Shown here piece by piece: positions 59,630 through 64,000 of a stretch of 64,000 nt of DNA. Made by a program: the position numbers and the translations under genes. Every line of letters starts with the position of its first letter. Within the stretch, counting starts at the first letter, position 1. The notes beneath the pieces were generated by a model. The model saw nothing but the letters and a program-made list of their open reading frames with translations, did no database searches and was not told the DNA's origin. Location of the stretch: assembly GCA_963765145.1 (NCBI GenBank), contig CAVXVG010000029.1:128001-192000 (forward strand). Reading direction: 5' to 3'. The DNA is from Parachlamydiales bacterium. GTDB lineage: Bacteria > Chlamydiota > Chlamydiia > Chlamydiales > JAJFMK01.

Positions 59630-59731
59630 GCACCCACTTCGTGGGTGCATCGTTTTGATACGTCGACATACCCAGGGTTGCACGCTTTGCGCTTACCCTG
59701 GGCTACAATCCAAAACGCTCTTCGAGCGTTT
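59630..59731. repeat. triple-hairpin REP-like unit (family J, resembles one half of E/G)
   Basis: GCACCCAC-TTC-GTGGGTGC; CCCAGGGT...ACCCTGGG; AAACGCTC-TTC-GAGCGTTT. Confidence 0.7.
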
Positions 59732-59762
59732 TTACCTTCGCAGCTATAAGAAAAAACTATTC

Positions 59763-59853
59763 GAAACTGTCCATCCCGTCTGTTAGCAAAACAACCGATT
59801 CGTAGAGGTTGTTGAAAATGATCGGCATGTAGACGTTAAGCTCAAAATTGCCT
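59763..59853 (-). pseudogene. 91 bp duplicated internal fragment of fumC
   Basis: 84/91 identical by manual alignment to 63438-63528. Confidence 0.85.
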
Positions 59854-59872
59854 CGAAGAGCTGCGACATTCA

Positions 59873-62429
59873 CTAAGAGGGTATGACTTCTTTGCCATAG
59901 TGGACAGCGATGAGAAGGAGGGCGGCGCTTAAAGGGGTGATCCCAGTAGGAGTGCCATATTCGTCGAATGTGAAGTAGCGTGTTCCGGGACCCTTACCGT
60001 CGTCTCCGGAATCGAGCCAATCGTCGTTGGTGGGTTTGATTTGCTCTTGTAAGACCTCAATAATTTGCATCATCCCGATAGCAGGCTTGTGCGCTATGTT
60101 TGCTCCTTTCTTGAAAACAGGCTTGCCAGAAGCTTGCAGCTCTTTGTTGACCCTTTCTTGGAAATCTTGGACAACTGAGGAAAAAGGAATTTCTCCTAAA
60201 TAGATTTCGGCAAGTTCTGCAGCACTTTTTTTGATCAGCTCATTTAGAATGAATCCAGCGTTTTGGTCAAATGTTACTGTGTGTTGGAGTCCAATGAGTT
60301 GATATATTTTATTTTTTACATATCCCGATTGGTGTGATATTTGCGAGGTGGTTCTTTTAATCCCCGCTGCCTTCCAAATGACGTCTTCATCCGCAGCAAC
60401 CTTTCCTAAAGCTGCTTGAAACGACAGGTTCAGCAAAACGTTTGACAGCTTCGTGAGAAGATCCAACAAATGCTTGCTGGTTGGAAAAGCCCCACTTTAA
60501 GATCAGGTTGTAGTAGCCTGCGAGGCCATCTTCTTGGCCCGTTTTGCATTCCCTGATGTAGTTTGCAAAGGCCAAAAGCTCATCTTCCTGCTCTGATAGT
60601 TGCTGCCCATTTTTTATTTCCGTGCTTAAAGTTGAAAGATAGGCGATGACTGTGTAGAGCTGAAGCAAACTTTGGGGGGCATTTTCATGAGGTTTACCAC
60701 TGGTCTTCAAGAGGTATGGGATGAGAGTTCCTTTAAGAGTATTCGTTTTGGCTTTAGTGATGCCGTCATTGCTAACTCTTGCCTCTAAAGTTGTAAAAGT
60801 CTTTTCGAAGAATTGTTTGTCGATCTCTGGCAAATCTCCAAAGGTTAATTTACGTCGTCCAGCCTGAAGGCCTTGCACATCAAGGCTGCACAATAAACCA
60901 TCTATATCAACGCTTGGAACGGGAATATCAACTAGAGCTATTTTTTGCAAAAGGCTGTTGTAAATATTATAGGGGTTTTTAGGGTTCTTGATGCTTTCAG
61001 GGTCGGCCATTATTTTAATGGCTACGGCTTTTTGAAACAGAGGGTGCTCTTCGTTAAGGCCAAGCGCTAGATAATTATAAATAATTTTATTAGATAAACT
61101 ATAACCTGCAAATCTAGAAGAAACCGCAGCTGCATCCAAAGTTTCTGAGAGATAATTATAAAGCGCTTCTCTAGATTCTTCGGTTTCAACCAACCATTGG
61201 TAAAGAGAATCGATGCTATAACTATTTTCTTTTAGGTGAGAAAATGCCTCTTTGATAATTCCTAGAGGAATTAGAGGCGCTGCAAAGAGCATGCATATCT
61301 GGTCGTTTACAAGAGTACTGGCAGCAAGAATCTCTTCTATTATTTTTGACCGGTTCTCTTCTGGAATCGAGATAATGCAATCCACGATGTTAAGGTAAAG
61401 AAGGTAGTCCACCTTAGAGGCGTCCTGAATAAAAGGGGCTGCATCTTGTGCTGCTTGTATATATGCAGTTGGACCTACTTTATTAACCATGTTAAGGGCT
61501 TTAAAAAGAGCGGACGGATTTGAAGCCCAAGAAAAATCATGAGGAAAGACTGCAGATAAAGCATTGCTCAGCTGTTTTCGAGTAGTTGGGTCTATTTTGC
61601 TAACTGCTTTTATAATTTGAGCACGTATGTTTACTTCAGAGATATCTTGAATAAAAGGGGCCGCATCTTGTGCTGCTTGTATATATGCAGTTGCACCTAC
61701 TTCAATAATCGTATCAAAGGCAATAATCGTATCACGGGCTCTAAAGATATACGGCGCTCTTAGCCGCTCCAAAGACAAATTATTAGAAAAGGCAGCAGAT
61801 AGTGCATCGCCCAGCTTCGCTCGATCAAGTGGGTCAATTTGGCTAATGCGTTGGATTATAAGAAGACGTGTGCCTGTATCAGAGGTTTCTTGCATAAAAG
61901 GGGCTGCATCTTGTGCTGCACGCAAAAGTTTTTCGAGACCGATTTCCTTGTACAAATGGCTGAGGTATTCGAAACACCAAGAATCGCGCGTAAAATCTGT
62001 AAAGAGGATTTTGGCATTTCCTTGAAAGAATATATCGATAAAACGATCCCATGCAATTTCGTCGGTGTTTTTTTCATCAAGATCTTTCTCGTGTAGGCTA
62101 GTGTAAAGGGATCGCATGGATAGTTTTGTCACTAGCTTATAGAGCGCCTCTTTTTGGTAGTCTTCGATATCACAAGAGTCGATATTTTTGATGAGAGAGC
62201 CCATTTGTTGAGATGGATCTATCTTCCTATGGGAAAACTCTACTTCCAGGGCAAGTGTTCGGATTTTGTCATCTGTTTCTGAAGGATCTAAGGCCTTACT
62301 TACTTCGGAAATGCCTGTTACCCATGTGAAAAGGCGGCCGGCAAAGCTCTTTTGAGGAAAAACTTCAGCAGGGTTGCTTAAAAAACGGTCTAAAATAGGG
62401 TCATTGCTCCCCTCTGTTTTGAATGACAT
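59873..62429 (-). CDS. large helical-repeat hypothetical protein (effector-like), one +1 frameshift near 60420
   Basis: Three AAQDAAPF(I/M)Q repeats with DNA-level identity; the two ORFs join if one base is removed at 60419-60421. Confidence 0.7.
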
Positions 62430-62655
62430 TTTTCCCTCCTTACCCCTCTCTATTTTTAACCGTAAAAGTTAAGGTAATGTTAAGTAAGGCTTACGACTTC
62501 GAGGAGCCATTAAAATGGCCATTCGGTTTTTAAGTTAATAAATGCTTTCAAAGACACTATCCTTTTAACACCTAACTCGACCGAATAGCTATTGAACTTT
62601 AAACTGTCTTGATTTTTGGATGGTAATAGTACCTTAAGCAAAAATAAGAGGTATT

Positions 62656-63198
62656 ATGAAAGCACTTAACGCATTAATTTTAAGCACTTTATTCACTCAA
62701 CTGTCTTTTGCCGATTTTGATACGCAGAAAGCGTCGGAAGCGGCTGGTAAGGCAAAAGCCATCACCATACCCGGGGATGATTCAGCCGACTGGGTCTTTT
62801 CTTACAAGGTGATGCTTGGAGATGGTTCTACTATTTACGAATGGGTTCCTACGGGAGAAACTGTCGACGATTGGACAAAACTGATCCAAGTGCAATTTAT
62901 CCCTCTTGAAGGGCAAAAGATTGATGCTAAAGATTTTGGTGATGCTTTTGTAAAAAGCTTAAAGGAGATGGTGCCGGAAGCTAATGCCAGCATGACCTCT
63001 ACCTCTAAAGATCGGGTCTTTGTTGAGTGGATCGTTCCAAAAGATACAAAAGATCAACAAGCGCAAGATGAGCTTGCCCAATTCATCTCCACACCTGATG
63101 GAATTTATCGGGTTGCTTACACAGAAAAGGTCCCTGCTATTGACCCACAAGTGAAGCAAAAATGGACCGAGAGATTATCAAATGTGAAGGTTCAATAG
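62656..63198 (+). CDS. secreted hypothetical protein
   Basis: Signal peptide; YEWVPTGETVDDWTKLI motif. Confidence 0.75.
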   Translation: MKALNALILSTLFTQLSFADFDTQKASEAAGKAKAITIPGDDSADWVFSYKVMLGDGSTIYEWVPTGETVDDWTKLIQVQFIPLEGQKIDAKDFGDAFVKSLKEMVPEANASMTSTSKDRVFVEWIVPKDTKDQQAQDELAQFISTPDGIYRVAYTEKVPAIDPQVKQKWTERLSNVKVQ

Positions 63199-63203
63199 AA
63201 AAA

Positions 63204-64000
63204 TTAGATCATGTTTTCGGGGCGCACGAGAGTGTCATAGGTTGCTTCATCGAGAAGGCCGAGAGAAAGGACTACCTCTTTCAGCGATTTTTCCTCAACG
63301 TGCGCAATTCTGGCAGCTTTAGCTGCTTGGTCGTAGCCGATTGTGGGTACAAGAGCTGTGACCAACATTAAAGAGTTCTCTAGATGCCTTCTCATCTGCT
63401 TGATATTGGCTTTCAACCCTTTTAAAAGATGGGTGCGGAAACTGTCCATCCCATCTGAGATCAAAACAACCGATTCGTAGAGGTTGTAGAAAATGATCGG
63501 CATGTAAACGTTGAGCTCAAAATTGCCTTGAGAGGCAGCCATGCTTAAGCTTGTATCATTGCCAAAGACATGGGTTGCAACCATCGTCAGCGCTTCACAT
63601 TGGGTCGGATTGACTTTGCCAGGCATGATCGAAGAGCCGGGCTCGTTGGCCGGCAAAATCAGCTCCTGCAGGCCTGCGCGAGGCCCTGAGCCCATCCAAC
63701 GGATGTCGTTAGCCAATTTGATCAAAGAACAGGCCAATGTTTTGACAGCGCCACTAGCAAAAACAAACGGATCTTTAGAAGAAAGGCCCTGAAAAAGATT
63801 GGGTGCCTGAACAAAAGGGATCGATGTTTTGGCCCTCAATTTTTCAATCGCTTTTCGCCCAAAATCGGGATGTGCGTTTAGACCTGTTCCTACAGCTGTT
63901 CCTCCCAGCGGAAGTTCCATGAGATGGGGTAAAACAGCTTCTAACCTATAAAGGTTTTGATCGGCCGCGGCCACATAACCTGAAAACTCTTGTGAAAGGG
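63204..64000 (-). CDS. fumC: class II fumarate hydratase (5' part outside the window)
   Basis: GGTAVGTG, GSSIMPGKVNP, GNFELNV, LVTAL..IGYD. Confidence 0.96.
   Translation of the reverse strand, partial: LSQEFSGYVAAADQNLYRLEAVLPHLMELPLGGTAVGTGLNAHPDFGRKAIEKLRAKTSIPFVQAPNLFQGLSSKDPFVFASGAVKTLACSLIKLANDIRWMGSGPRAGLQELILPANEPGSSIMPGKVNPTQCEALTMVATHVFGNDTSLSMAASQGNFELNVYMPIIFYNLYESVVLISDGMDSFRTHLLKGLKANIKQMRRHLENSLMLVTALVPTIGYDQAAKAARIAHVEEKSLKEVVLSLGLLDEATYDTLVRPENMI

Noticed and set aside
59763..63528. Integrative element or prophage with att sites in fumC
   Set aside because: No integrase or phage genes; the copy is an internal diverged fragment, not a displaced 3' end; duplication with decay explains it better
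1..64000. tRNA, rRNA, tmRNA or riboswitch
   Set aside because: None recognised by eye; a tRNAscan/Infernal run would be needed to exclude them

Overview
A 64 kb chromosomal window of roughly 40% GC. It is probably from an environmental Chlamydiota-like intracellular bacterium, inferred from the housekeeping genes (mutS, priA, rimO, fumC, mpg) mixed with many effector-like orphan proteins and an autotransporter. The most informative structure is non-coding. (1) An intact IS110/IS1111-group element (25242-26850) sits inside a dispersed palindromic repeat (family A). Its downstream non-coding end contains a readable bridge/seek-RNA with target guides matching repeat A and donor guides matching the element's own circle junction. 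(2) About ten families of short palindromic or MITE-like repeats are present, and they nest inside each other at specific sites, five levels deep at 3605-4722. Two of them disrupt genes whose reading frames are restored by precise removal. (3) A DUF692 (MNIO) RiPP cluster carries an unusual CxC precursor. (4) Orphan or effector-like enzymes include a PARP-like ADP-ribosyltransferase, a stand-alone LanM-like DUF4135 kinase, a phytochelatin-synthase-like pseudoenzyme and a membrane-anchored Clp-type AAA+ protein. (5) Remnants indicate an old tandem duplication at about 53-64 kb. Several split genes (priA, peroxiredoxin, multicopper oxidase and others) each carry +1 homopolymer insertions and are probably sequencing errors. 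I saw no rRNA, tRNA or CRISPR array. All family assignments come from motif recognition by eye; no searches were run.
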